This document shows positions 1-11,992 of a stretch of DNA of 64,000 bases, piece by piece. A program made the position numbers and the translations under genes. The notes beneath the pieces are model-generated. The model did no database searches. It saw only the letters and a program-made list of their open reading frames with translations, and was not told the DNA's origin. This DNA is from Octopus sinensis (taxonomy: Eukaryota): positions 69,564,001 to 69,628,000 of the forward strand of contig NC_042998.1 in NCBI RefSeq assembly GCF_006345805.1. Direction: 5' to 3'. Numbering within the stretch: the stretch's first letter is position 1; each line of letters begins with the position of its first letter.

Positions 1-1014
1 TTTGAAATTAAAGGTATACTACAATATATTGAGATTTGTTAAAAGATTTACCAACATAGTCGTATCGTAGCAGAATAATATTACAGACACATTATGTCTT
101 CAATTTCGCACCATAATTAAGATTGCTTAACTCGTTTGCTACATACATTATTCTTTCAAGACAATAGAAAGGCGAAGAGAAACGAAGCGATATTTTCTGA
201 TTGTGTATTTCCTTCTAGAGTGCTTTTATCTCTTGACGCAAGAACGAAATAAAGGATACATAAAAAAAGATTTCTACAAACTTTTAAAGTTGAAGCGGTG
301 ATAAGAGTATAAGTAGGCTATAATTTTCAAACATGTTCTCCCCACACGATCAAAAGCTTCACAAAATTCATTTCAAAAGAAATTATGAATTTCATGGTAT
401 ACGCTTAACTTCTATATAAGTTTTAAAATAACCACAGAACTTGAATGAGAACTGCTGGTTATTTTAATTGCTGTTTATTTGAAATATTATGTAATTTTAT
501 TGATGTAGAAAAGAACATTTGCTCAAGATAACAGATATAGGGATATCGATCCTAGAATCTCATGCATGTGGAGTGAAGTTTTTAACCACTCGGCCATGCC
601 TTCCTTTATGTATACGTATGTGTACTAACACACACGCACACATGGGTCAGACAAAGTTATTGAGACAGGATTCCCAAGATCGGATGCCTTTCCTGTCACC
701 AACATTTACCTGTTTCCAAGGAAGGTAATATTTCGGATCTTTACCTTTTGACCGGCAGATTTAGAAAATAATTTTTTGTAACTAAATACTTATAAACTTC
801 GTATACTGGTAGAATGTGTCATATAAAATATATTTTAATCTTAGTGTTTTTGAGAAAAGTTTATGTTTACGAAGTTATTTCGTGTTAAATTTCTCGTATT
901 TCGGTAATTTCAACCAACCAATGACATGTGTTCAGCTGAATAAAATTACATAAAAAACAAAAACATAGAAAACGAACTTTTTTTCAAACAACGAAAGAAA
1001 CAAATAGAGAACTT

Positions 1015-1016
<2 letters not shown>

Positions 1017-1080
<64 letters not shown>

Positions 1081-1141
1081 GTCTATCTGTCTGTCTGTCT
1101 GTCTGTCTGAATGTATGTATGTATGTATGTATGTATGTATG

Positions 1142-1170
<29 letters not shown>
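1017..1170. repeat. Compound microsatellite (ATCT)n-(GTCT)n-(ATGT)n
   Basis: Tetranucleotide runs read directly. Confidence 0.97.
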
Positions 1171-1172
<2 letters not shown>

Positions 1173-1500
1173 TGCACATTAAGTACAGGACATCACCAGC
1201 GAGTGAAAAATGCGTAAACACGAGATAAGTAGAGGTCAAAATACTAAAAGAAGATAACTCCTCGTCAGTTGTCGACTGTTTTACTACTCCCTATTTCCTG
1301 CTTTCAACGACAAGATAGGAAAACTTCATAAGCCAGCAACATCCAGAAATGTTAGAAATATAAAATTTTTGGAGAGTTAGGGGCTTCAAACGAACAAACA
1401 ACAACAGAGTGGACGTACAAAGTAAACAATTGACAAAGACGAAGACAAGTGGTGTACAAAGCAAACAGATGTATTAGTATCACGCTCAGGAATAGAAATA

Positions 1501-1542
1501 GTCTTTTACGTTTCGAGCCTACGCTCTTCTACAGAAAGGGAC
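1501..1542 (-). ncRNA. Degenerate minimal hammerhead-ribozyme-like motif (Penelope-like element type)
   Basis: Minus strand reads CTGTAGA-A-GAGC-GTAG-GCTC-GAA-ACGT-A: perfect 4-bp stem II, GAAA, palindromic ACGT stem III and a short stem I. The core is CUGUAGA instead of CUGANGA. Confidence 0.4.
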
Positions 1543-1608
1543 ATAGAAAAAATAAGGAGAGAAAAAAAATGTTTGTAGTGGCTAACGATCTATCATGGCG
1601 TCTGACCA

Positions 1609-1609
<1 letters not shown>

Positions 1610-1665
<56 letters not shown>

Positions 1666-1830
1666 ATATGTATATATATGTGTGTGTGTGTGTGTTGTGT
1701 GTGTGTGTGTGTGGTGTGTGTGTGTGTATGTATGTATGTGTGTGTATGTATGCACGTATGTATGTGTGTATGTATGTATGTATGTATGTATATATGTATG
1801 TATGCATGTGTGTGTGTGTACAGTACACAC
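1610..1830. repeat. (AT)n/(GT)n/(ATGT)n microsatellite block
   Basis: Read directly; explains the IYIY/VCVC ORFs here. Confidence 0.97.
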
Positions 1831-2176
1831 ACATCTATATAAAAATATAGGACATAGGATGTTGAATCGAAAGATCAAAATGTCATGTGCAGTGTAGAAA
1901 ACAGGACAAACGAAACAGTTGCAGGTTTGTATCCATGTCACATGAACACCCCCGCACACGAATGTACAAGTATATTTAGTTGGGGAGAGATTGTCTTCCA
2001 AAATGGTTAGTCTGATGGTGGTAGGAGAGACTTGATGTATGTTAGTAGGTTGTGTAAGCTATGTCATAAGTACACATACACACACATATATACATATACA
2101 CATATACACATACATATATTTATATACATAAATACATATATATGTATGTATTTATATGTACATATATATACATATT

Positions 2177-2406
2177 AGAAAGTAACACAACGTGAAAAAG
2201 AATGCGTGTGGTATATACTTGTCTTTATTACGTACAAGAATATACCATACTTACGTGCGTGATGTGTGGGGGAGGGGAGGCATGTACGCGCTATTATTTA
2301 TAAATTTATCTGTCCCGAGATCCACTGTTTCAAACGGAAAATTATTTCACACTCTCTCAAAATTTATAATATACAATACCTGTACATCATCTCCAAACCT
2401 TCTAAG

Positions 2407-2451
<45 letters not shown>

Positions 2452-2452
2452 T

Positions 2453-2500
<48 letters not shown>

Positions 2501-2501
2501 G

Positions 2502-2599
<98 letters not shown>

Positions 2600-2990
2600 G
2601 TATATATAACTTGAACTGAGGTTGTTGCTAGTTTCCTGGTGAAGCGGAAACGAGAAACTCGAGTAGCGACTCATTTAGATCCAGCTTTCATGTGTGTGTG
2701 GGTGGTGCATACATTTATATATATTTGTGCATGTATGTGAATATGTGTGTAACCAGGTTTATTCACCATTTCTTTTGAAGAAACAGTGCTCCTAACTAAG
2801 AAAGTAACATAACCTGGAAAAGAATGTGTGTGGTATATGCTTGTCTTTATTACGTACGAGCATATACCATACTTACGTGCGTGATGTGTTGGGGTGGGGA
2901 GGCATGTACGCGATATTATTTATAAATTTATCTGCCCCGAGATCCACTGTTTCAAACGGAAAATTATTTCATAATCTCTCAAAATTTATA
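2177..2990 (+). repeat. Direct repeat pair of about 193 bp (2177-2369 and 2799-2990)
   Basis: Both copies run agaaagtaac...ctctcaaaatttata with scattered substitutions; ORFs 2192 and 2826 share the same peptide. Confidence 0.9.
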
Positions 2991-3344
2991 AATTCTTATA
3001 ATGTTAACATTTATAAACTTTGAGAAAACGTAAAATCATTTATGCGGTGGAAAAGTGGATCCCAAAGCAGATAAAGCTATAAATGATAGCACGCACATAT
3101 CAATATGAAATACATATCGATATACAATATGTAGCTGAGATATGCAACAAGCATCCTTCCACTACACCTCTTCAATTTTTGACATTTTTGCCAATTTTCT
3201 CATTTCTTTTAAAGCTTTGGGATCTTTTCCTTTTGAAAAGTGCCGTTCAAAAGGAAAAGATCCAAGCTTTGTTCTCATAAATGGAGACTACCACTGTGTG
3301 TAAACAATTTCACAAACTTTTTTTTCAAATTATTCCTAGCAGTT

Positions 3345-3535
3345 TAAATCTAACCCTAAGCGCTATACATTAACCCGAAACCCTAACTCTAAGTCCTAAC
3401 CTTAATCCCACTCTTAAACGCTAACCCTATAACAGTGACCCTAACCCTTGACCTAAATATTAACCCTAAAATCCTAACCTAACCTTAACCCTGACTCTAA
3501 CACTAACACCCAAACTCTGATCTTAACTACAAACT
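3345..3535. repeat. Degenerate (CCCTAA)n-like tract
   Basis: Recurrent taaccct/ctaacc hexamer variants. Confidence 0.7.
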
Positions 3536-4104
3536 AAATTTTTCTTGTAAAAACATTTTTTAATGGTTTCAAATTTGAGCACAAGACCAGTAAATGTAAC
3601 GATGTAGGTAAGATGAAAAGCAAAGTCGACCGCAGCGGAATTTGAACTCAGAACGTAAAGACAGACGAAATGCTATCAAGCATTTTGGGAATAATGTCAA
3701 AAGCGGAAAGGTTACAGTTGCTTGTGTGCAAAGAAACGAAATGAGGGCTGGTAACAAACAAAAAACGAATAAAAATATTTTAAAAAGACTTCTAAGGAAG
3801 GAAAATAAAATACTGAACGATAGAGCATCCTGTATTGATATTGTCATTATTGAAATTGGAACCAAAAGTGACAAGCTGATAGAATCGATAACACATCGGA
3901 CAATTTGCTATTGGACATTTCTTTGGCCTCTTGAAGAACTAAGTTAAAATTATGCCAAAATAAAAGTACTAGTCGAAAAAATAAAGTACCAGATGAGCAT
4001 AGGAAGCGATGCGATCGCCGAACAATCCCCCTTCGAAATTTCAGTCCTTCAGCCAAACTTTGAAGTAATTTGAATCCAGCAAATATTTTAACTAAATTCT
4101 TAAT

Positions 4105-4282
4105 TAATCCTTTCTACTATAGGCGCAATACTTGAAATTGGGTGGGTGGGGTGGGGTTTAAGTCGATTACATCAACTCTAGTACGCAACTGGCACTTAAT
4201 TTATCGACCCCGAAGGGATGAAAGGCAAAGTCGATCTCGGCGGGATTTGAACTCAGAACATAAAGGTAGACGAAATACCTAT
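4105..4282 (-). mobile_element. tRNA-derived SINE family A (partial)
   Basis: Shared core atcgaccccgaagggatgaaaggcaaagtcga...gaactcaga seen in many copies. Confidence 0.85.
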
Positions 4283-4511
4283 TTCTTTACTATCCACAAG
4301 GGGCTAAACACAGAGAGGACAAATAAGGACAGACAAACGGATTAAGTCGATTATATCGATCCCAGTGCGTAACTGGTACTTATTTAATCGACCCTGAAAG
4401 GTTGAAAAGCAAAGTCGACCTCGGCGGAATTTAAACTCAGAACGTAGCGGCAGGCGAAATACCGCAAAGCATTTCGCCCGGCGTGCTAACGTTTCTGCCA
4501 GTTCGCCGCCT
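4283..4511 (-). mobile_element. tRNA-derived SINE family A (full head, alternative tail)
   Basis: Minus-strand head ggcggcgaactggcagaaacgttagcacg (A-box-like) and gagtttaaattcc (B-box-like); CpGs intact. Confidence 0.85.
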
Positions 4512-4544
4512 TTAAATTCTTAATTAATGCCAGCAAAAGATACC

Positions 4545-5193
4545 CTACCCCACCTCCGATTTTGTTTCCTCATAACTTTAAGAAAAATTAATATTCTTAG
4601 ATGAAATTTTTTTACAATATGCATTCTTCTGATGGTGTAGATTCCGATTATATCAGAAATGGTTATGAAAAAAAATTCCGCGGGTGGGTAGTGGAATTTC
4701 AGAAAATTCACACTTCTTGGCTTTGTTTCCTCATAAATTTCAGAAAAAGTTCATATCTTTCAGACTGTGTAGATTACGATTATGTCGGAATTTAATATGA
4801 AAAAAAAAAAAAATGGTCAACTCACACATATACATACTGACACACGCCACACATATACTACATGAAATTTCACCCAAAAATGGTCATGTGTGTCAGTTTG
4901 TATATGTGCGTGCTCACCGTTTTCCTTTCCACATCAAATTTCGATATAATCGTAATTTATACACCCTGAAAGATATTTGTAGAACGTTTCATTAAAAAAT
5001 ACCTATTTTTTTCCTGAAAATTACGAGGAACCAAAATTCTCTGAAACCCTTCTCTCCACCCCTGGATTTTTTCACAAAAATTCCAATATTATATAGAATC
5101 TACAGCATCTGGAGCGTATTGGTAAAAAATTTCATTGAAAAATAGCCATTTTTCTGGAAGTTATGAGGAAACAAAGTCGAGAGGTGGGGGAGT
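4545..5193. mobile_element. MITE/foldback element with long imperfect TIRs
   Basis: Left ccccacctccgattttgtttcctcataactttaagaaaaat matches the reverse complement of the right end; similarity continues for about 120 bp. Confidence 0.7.
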
Positions 5194-5755
5194 ACACTTG
5201 TATAAGTATGCTGTTTTAACTACCCAAGTGTATCAAATATAAATAAAAGAGAGCTAGACTATTAACAACACATAACTAGTTGTAATTACTTCTCAATAAA
5301 ATTATGGTCTTCTTCATCGCATTTGGTATTATCGCGGTTGTTGTAAGGATATAAAATCTTAGTGAAGGCCTGAATCGTTGCTGATGGATATTGATAAAAA
5401 GTACTAAAAGAGATGTCACAGGAACTTGTCATTACGAACACGTTTTACCAGCAACGACCCTCTTTTGCAAGTCATTGAGTTCATATATTTTTAGACCTTG
5501 TGACATAGCGAACATTAAAATAAATAGACCGTGAAATATTTTCTGTTTTGGGTCTGGAAAATACTTCTTTTTGACAGAGAAAATATGTTTACTATCCTGA
5601 GTCCCTGAAAAAGAACTAGTTTTATTATTATTTTTAATCAAATATAAACAAACATATAATTAGATGATTAGGTAAATGTTTACCGATTGTTTGAAAGTTT
5701 TTGGACAGAAGAAAAGAACGAAAACAAAATGCCTGTCTTTCTGTCTAACAAGCTG

Positions 5756-5756
<1 letters not shown>

Positions 5757-5824
<68 letters not shown>

Positions 5825-5832
5825 GTGTCTAC

Positions 5833-5908
<76 letters not shown>

Positions 5909-5938
5909 GTGTCTACCTATCTATCTACCTATCTATCT
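5757..5938. repeat. (ATCT)n microsatellite, left flank of retrotransposon
   Basis: Read directly; interrupted by atgtgtctacct at about 5823 and at 5907. Confidence 0.97.
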
Positions 5939-7764
5939 TGGCGCTTGTCATCGAGAAACTGGTCGACAAGGCGCAAACATGCGCCGTGCCAGGCCGGACC
6001 ATCCATGACAACCTCCATCTGATGCGCTACATCATAGACAGGGTAGTTAACGAACCTGGCATGGGTGGGGCCCTGATCAACTTGGATCAATCAAAAGCCT
6101 TTGATAGGGTAGACCATCGATACTTGGAGGCAGTCCTGAGAGCGGCTGGTTTCGGTCCCGTCTTCCGCGGCTGGATAGCTGCCTTGTACAGAGGCATCCG
6201 TTCGGTAATTCGCGTAAATGGACATCTATCGAGACCTTTCGACATTGCACGTTCGGTCCGTCAGGGATGCCCCCTCTCGGCGCTTCTATACGTATTGACT
6301 CTTGAGCCACTACTGCGGAAGCTGGCGACTCTAAGGGGCATCCCGCGAGAATTGGGATGCGGGACGAGCGTGTCTGCATACGCGGACGACGTCACCGTCA
6401 TAGTGTCTAGCCACGAGCACATCGAGCTGGTCGGCGAGACACTGAAAAACTACGAAGCGGTGACAGGAGCGAAAATCAACCGGGAAAAGTCAGTGGGCTT
6501 GCGACTAGGCACCTGGAGAAGCAAGCCCATGCCGTCCACCAGCGCCTCCGTCGTGGGACGCTGGACCGACGGCCCGGTTGAGTTGCTCGGGGTCTGGTTT
6601 GGTCCGGACCTCCAAGTGGAGAAGAACTGGAACGAGATAACGAGTAGGGTGGTCACTCTCGCCCGGCAATGGGCCGAGAGGAAACTGTCCCTAAAAGGTC
6701 GAGCGGAGGTGGCGAACACGTACATCGCGTCCGTCATCTACTACCGCCTGACCGTCGTACCTTGTCCCGACCCTACCATCACCAAACTACAACGCATCCT
6801 CTTTCGCTTCTTGTGGAAAGGATGCGTCCCGATGGTCAGGCGATCCATTTGCTGTCAACACCCGTTAAAAGGAGGGCTGGGCATGCCGTGGTTGATGATG
6901 CGCAGACACGCGCTGAGACTGCGACATCTCTGGCTCTATGTAGACGACGGTGAACAGGTGTGGTCGCCGTTTGTGAGGCACGCTTTCCCGCAGCTCGTCT
7001 CCATGACCGAACTGCAGTCGTGGATCAAAAAGAGGCCGAGGAAGGGCGAATGGCACCGCGAGTGTCGCGTTGCTCTCAAGCAACTCTGCCGTCCTGGGTC
7101 GACCTTAAGTGACTTCAACACAACCAAAGCATTCTATAGGGGTTTAGTGGAGGGGAGGTACGACGACGAGCTCGGGGCGAACCTGGACGTCGACGAGGAG
7201 TACCTGACCCGCCTGTTCGGGACGACTTTCGGGCCAGGGCCCATGGACAACTTCCAGAGATCCCTGGCCTGGCAGTGCTACCGAGAAGCGCTACCCGTTC
7301 GGGATAAGCTCTACAGACACGGCTCGAGAAACACGGGGCCGACCTGCCCGAGATGCGGTCAGAGCGACGAAACCGTTCTGCACGCACTCGTTCAGTGTCC
7401 AACAATTTCCGACCTGTGGGCTTATGTCGAACAACTGCTGTCACGTGTGGGACGAGTCGGTTTATCAGCTGAGTCTATCGTCAATATTGTCACGCCTCCT
7501 TCCTTCAAACGGGAAGGAAGAGCTATTTTCATCATCCTTGTGGCTATGGCGAAAGAATGTATCTGGTGGACGCGTCTGAAAGGATTGGAGACAAACACTT
7601 TCCTCTCTGGTCAATCTCTCATCAACTTCTTCAAGTACCACTTGAAAAGGAAAGTGAGAGTAGAGAGGCAAGTTTTGTCTAGCGAATGTTTTAAAAAAAG
7701 ATGGGTGAATGTAGCAAGAATGGCACGTATGAATGACGAAGCCACCTTGAGCATAGTCCTATGA
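5938..7764 (+). pseudogene. C-terminal part of ORF2: reverse transcriptase plus C-terminal zinc knuckle (no endonuclease domain)
   Basis: RT motifs [32 protein letters not shown] (6379-6390), GAKINREKS, LLGVWF; CX2CX8HX4C at 7345-7398. The TTG start is the truncation junction. Confidence 0.93.
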
Positions 7765-8169
7765 ACCCAGAAATCGAAAACAGAGAGTTGCTTATTTGCA
7801 AAAAAAAAAAAAAAAAAAAAAAAAGAAATATAAAATGTGACTTCATTGACCGAGGTTACCGTGGTCTTTTCCGCAGGCTTTTCTTTCCACGGGTAAACCT
7901 CACCTGTCCTCCCCTTTACACTTCATATTGACATTTCTGTGATAACGATCCCTATTGATCATTTTTTTTTCCTCTCCCCCCCCCTTTTTTTTTTTTTTTT
8001 TTTAACCCCCCTTATTTTTGTCCTCTTTCTCTCCTTTTACGATCCCTTTTGATCGAACCTCCCCCTTCCTTTTTTTTTTTTTTTTTTTTTTTTAATACCT
8101 TCAAAAGAAAAGCTCTACCTTGTAATTTGTTCTATCTGTGTGCAGCCCTGTGTGGCTAATAAAGAAACA

Positions 8170-8170
<1 letters not shown>
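5939..8170 (+). mobile_element. 5'-truncated non-LTR retrotransposon, Tx1/L1 clade
   Basis: GC- and CpG-rich block with an uninterrupted RT frame, a 3' UTR of about 400 bp, AATAAA at 8158-8163 and (ATCT)n on both sides. Confidence 0.92.
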
Positions 8171-8212
<42 letters not shown>

Positions 8213-8232
8213 GTGTCTACCTATCTATCTAC

Positions 8233-8292
<60 letters not shown>

Positions 8293-8355
8293 ATATCTAT
8301 CTATCTGTCTGTCTGTCTATCTCTCTATCTGTCTATCTATCCAACTATCTGTCTG

Positions 8356-8403
<48 letters not shown>

Positions 8404-8492
8404 GTCTAATTATCTGTCTATCTATCCAACTATCTCTCTATCTGTCTGTCCATCCGTCCATCCGTCCATTTGTCTACCTGTCTATCTGTCTA

Positions 8493-8526
<34 letters not shown>

Positions 8527-8620
8527 AGTGCGTGCGGGTGTGTATGTGTCTGTCTATCTAGCTAGCTATCTGTGTCTGTCTGTCCATTTGTGTGTGTGTG
8601 TGTGGGTGTGTGTGTGTGAG
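8171..8620. repeat. (ATCT)n/(GTCT)n/(GT)n microsatellite, right flank
   Basis: Read directly. Confidence 0.97.
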
Positions 8621-10117
8621 ACATCGTTTACTAATACCGAAAGAGTGCTTTTAAGTGTGTGTGTGTGTATGTATGTGTAATTTTAAATTTTATGATAATT
8701 TCGTAGCTTCGAAAGTTTTTGCAATAAATTGTGTTTATTCTGAATAAATCATGGATTAGATTAAAATATAAACATTTTTGAATAAACACTGTTTCTTTAT
8801 CACTTAGTACATCGTTTTCAAAAACAGTTGGTAAACCACAAATTTGTTTCTTTAAAATCAGCCAAGGTATCCAGTCTAAGAAATATTGAGTTGAGCTACA
8901 AGCTTCCTTATGATAAATTAGAAGTGGAGGAAAGAGATGAGATAGGAAAACCAGAAGTATAATAACAATATTCCGAGAACATCTCAAAACTGATATAAAT
9001 AGAAAATAATATAGCTACCATGCAGACAGGAAGGAAGGGACCGAAAATAGATGTTACGAGGTAACCGCAGTGAGAAAGTACTTAAGGTAGATCGTTTAAT
9101 GTAAGGAAACACGGTTTACTTTGGACGTCGAGTACACGGGCGGAAAAGATAAGGATAGTCATTGAGGATGAAATAATGGGGAAGAAAAAAAACAAAAGAG
9201 AAATCAAAAAAGAACGAAAAAGATTAATGAAAAAGTAAAAAAAAGAAAAGAAAAATTGTAGCAATTGCTTGAAATCATTGGGTTTACCGCAGAAACGGAA
9301 AACCAGATTTTTGCATCACAAAATCCGGGTTTGATTGCATGAAAGAATTAAAATAAAACTAATGTAGATTGTGTATTTAAATGTGGAGTAACTTTGTTTA
9401 TGTAATCAGGCAGTGTGTGTGTGTGTGTGTGTGTGTGTGAGGAAGTGGTGTGTGTACGTATGTATGATCTTTTTTTTAGCTTTATTTAACCCGCTGTTTG
9501 TAAATATGTGATTGAGTTGGTGTGTTAGTTGAGCTATCGATACACACACAGATGTGTGTGTGTGTGTGTGTTGTTTTTTGTAAAAGTGTGTATTCACCTA
9601 AAGAATCTCAGATAGAGAATCTTTTGAATGTCTAACGTCAGTTTCTTTTTTGTTCTTTCTTCGAAAAACCTAATATTTTTCTTTCTTTCTTTTTTTTTCA
9701 TTAACGTGTTAGTTCGTAGCCTGAGGCACATATGATGATAGTTGCATATGATGTATGTATGTATGTATGTATGTATGTATGTATGTATGTATGTATGTAT
9801 GTATGTATGTATGTATGTATAAAGAAGAGTCAGATTCAAAGGATAAAGCTAAATCCACGGTAAGCACTCCAGACGAGGACCTGACTGTCCGGTGACAATG
9901 ATAATTAAATTTAAAGTAATTTAACAGGAGAATGCAACCGAGAATCTGGAATATACAAGCAGTAATATTTCCGTTGTGGAGCATATAATAAATAAAAAAT
10001 GTGAGAGCTGAAGAATTTTAATATTTCCATAGAGGTTACAGCCGTTTCATATTTTATTCTGAGTTACATAATCAGCTTCAATGAATATATGTATACACAC
10101 ACTCATACATACGTACG

Positions 10118-10153
<36 letters not shown>

Positions 10154-10634
10154 TGTATGTATGTATGTATGTATGTATGTATGTATACAACATACACACG
10201 CACGCATACACACACATACATAGGTGTGCGCGCGAGTGTACACATATACACAGTACACTCATATAGTCACACAGTGATGTACAGAAGAGAGAAAATTTTT
10301 CTTCAGGCCTCGTTCCGGAGATATTCTTTAGGCTTTTAGATGTACAAACGAAATTCATTCGTTTATACATGATGCCGTGTAGTATAAAGTTGGAAGAATG
10401 TTAGCTGCCCAAACGGTAATCAATAAAAATAAACCAAACAACGGTTGATGTCACGTATAGACCCGCCCTAAATAATAAATAACAGTTATATAGGAAAATA
10501 GAAAAGTACAGGGAAGTTACGTTTCAACAACAAGAGGGGGGGGAGTATCTCTGTTGTTGAGAGCCACTCAGAAAAACTACAAGTACTAAAACAATCCACA
10601 TGAATGCCTATAAAATGGACAGGTTTCAATTTTT

Positions 10635-10738
10635 TTATTACTCTAGCCACAAGGTCCGAAATTTTGGTGGAGGGGGCCAGTCAATTAGATTGACCCCAGT
10701 ACACAACTTATGCTTAATTTATCGACCCCGAAGGGATA
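10635..10738 (-). mobile_element. SINE family A, 3' part (split by LTR)
   Basis: Ends at atcgaccccgaagggata, where the family consensus continues gatgaaaggcaaag. Confidence 0.85.
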
Positions 10739-11758
10739 TGTAGCGTACCCTTAGTGAAATTCATCCCCTCTCTCTCTCTCTGACATATATAACACAAATA
10801 CGGACGTAGCAGATAACAGCTAACCTTCGGCCGCTTGGGCCCTGTTGTGTCCACTACTCTGATTGGTTGGTTTTAGTGCAGTTTGTCTCTTGCTTTATTT
10901 CGCGCCAATGTGCGACCCAACCAATCGCAGCCTTCTGATAAGGTCCCGTGACACAGTCTTCTAAATTCTCTGCTGGAGCCTACTAATCTCTATAAAGCTA
11001 GTCACAACAAACCTTATCTAGTCTTTGGTTCTAGTCCTTCTAAGGACTAACCTCTGACCACAGAGCACTCAGCGACACAGCCAATTCCAGCGCCAGACAG
11101 CGACAACACCAACAGCATTTCAGAACCTCCACTATCGCCGCCTTTATCTTAACGTCGTCTCCACCACCGCCGCCTTCATCTCAACGACGCCACAGCCATC
11201 GCTTAGGTTTAACTTTACGCTGTTTGTGAATACTTCCCTATGGTTAACAGTAAGCTTAACCCGCGAGAACCTTCTGTACCAAGTAACCCGGCACAGCATA
11301 GCAACCACAACCGCTACACGGCATGTGTTCAACCGGCTCTGCAATTGTCGCCTCAGCCTCATTGTTACAGAACTACTACTATTGCGTTCATTACTACGAA
11401 CTAGTATTTATCTTCATTGTGTCCTGTTATAGACTTTCTATGCTCTGTATTTTATCTCACACGCATACACCCTTGTTTGTACACACATACACGTTATTGT
11501 ATGCTTGACGGCCTGTCTTATTGTTCTTATGTATGTACTTATGACGCACACACGTACACAGACACTCTGCTACCCACATGTTAACTTCTAAATAAAACCT
11601 TTCTCTTAAACATTCTAACGGTTGTGTCGTCTTCCTCCTTATTCTTTCTGGCACTTGAATTCATTTATCCATATTTTGGTTTTTATTGTAAGTCGACCGT
11701 GCGGTGTTTCAAGGAGTCATTTATTCGTCACCTCTCCTTTTCGCACGGTCGTTCTACA
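10739..11758 (+). mobile_element. Solo LTR (1020 bp), probably Ty3/Gypsy-like
   Basis: TGTAG...CTACA termini; 4-bp TSD GATA/GATG (one mismatch); CCAAT at 10905 and 10921, TATAAA at 10991, AATAAA at 11591; precisely interrupts a SINE. Confidence 0.8.
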
Positions 11759-11870
11759 GATGAAAAGCAAAGTCGACCTCGGCGGAATTTGAACTCAGAA
11801 CATAAGACAGACGAAATATCGCTAAGCGTTTCGCCCGGCGTGCTAACGTTTCTACAAGCTCACTGCATTT
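11759..11870 (-). mobile_element. SINE family A, 5' part (split by LTR)
   Basis: Resumes with gatgaaaagcaaagtcgacctcggcggaatttgaactcag. Confidence 0.85.
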
Positions 11871-11992
11871 ATGCTACTGCTATCTAGCCCCAGGAAACAT
11901 CGTTTCCAGTTGGCTATGTGACACAAGCGTTCCGTGTCCTTAAGTTTTCAAACAGGGGAGATAAGAACCTCCACCCAGCAAAGCCAGCATTT

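Noticed and set aside
1245-1275. CTGACGA hammerhead-like start on the minus strand
   Set aside because: No GAAA box or stem III follows.
1449-2674. Many [12 protein letters not shown] ORFs (also at 8.1, 10, 41.5, 44 and 56 kb)
   Set aside because: Di- and tetranucleotide microsatellites lack stops in several frames.
5290-5641. Minus-strand short ORFs with an acceptor-like tttttcAG
   Set aside because: No recognisable protein similarity, and the frames are broken by stops.
7800-7824. A25 as the retrotransposon poly(A) tail
   Set aside because: Non-repetitive UTR-like sequence and AATAAA continue to 8170, where the duplicated target begins.
9821-9865. Exon-like [13 protein letters not shown] followed by GTAAGC
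   Set aside because: No polypyrimidine acceptor, too short, and no partner exons.
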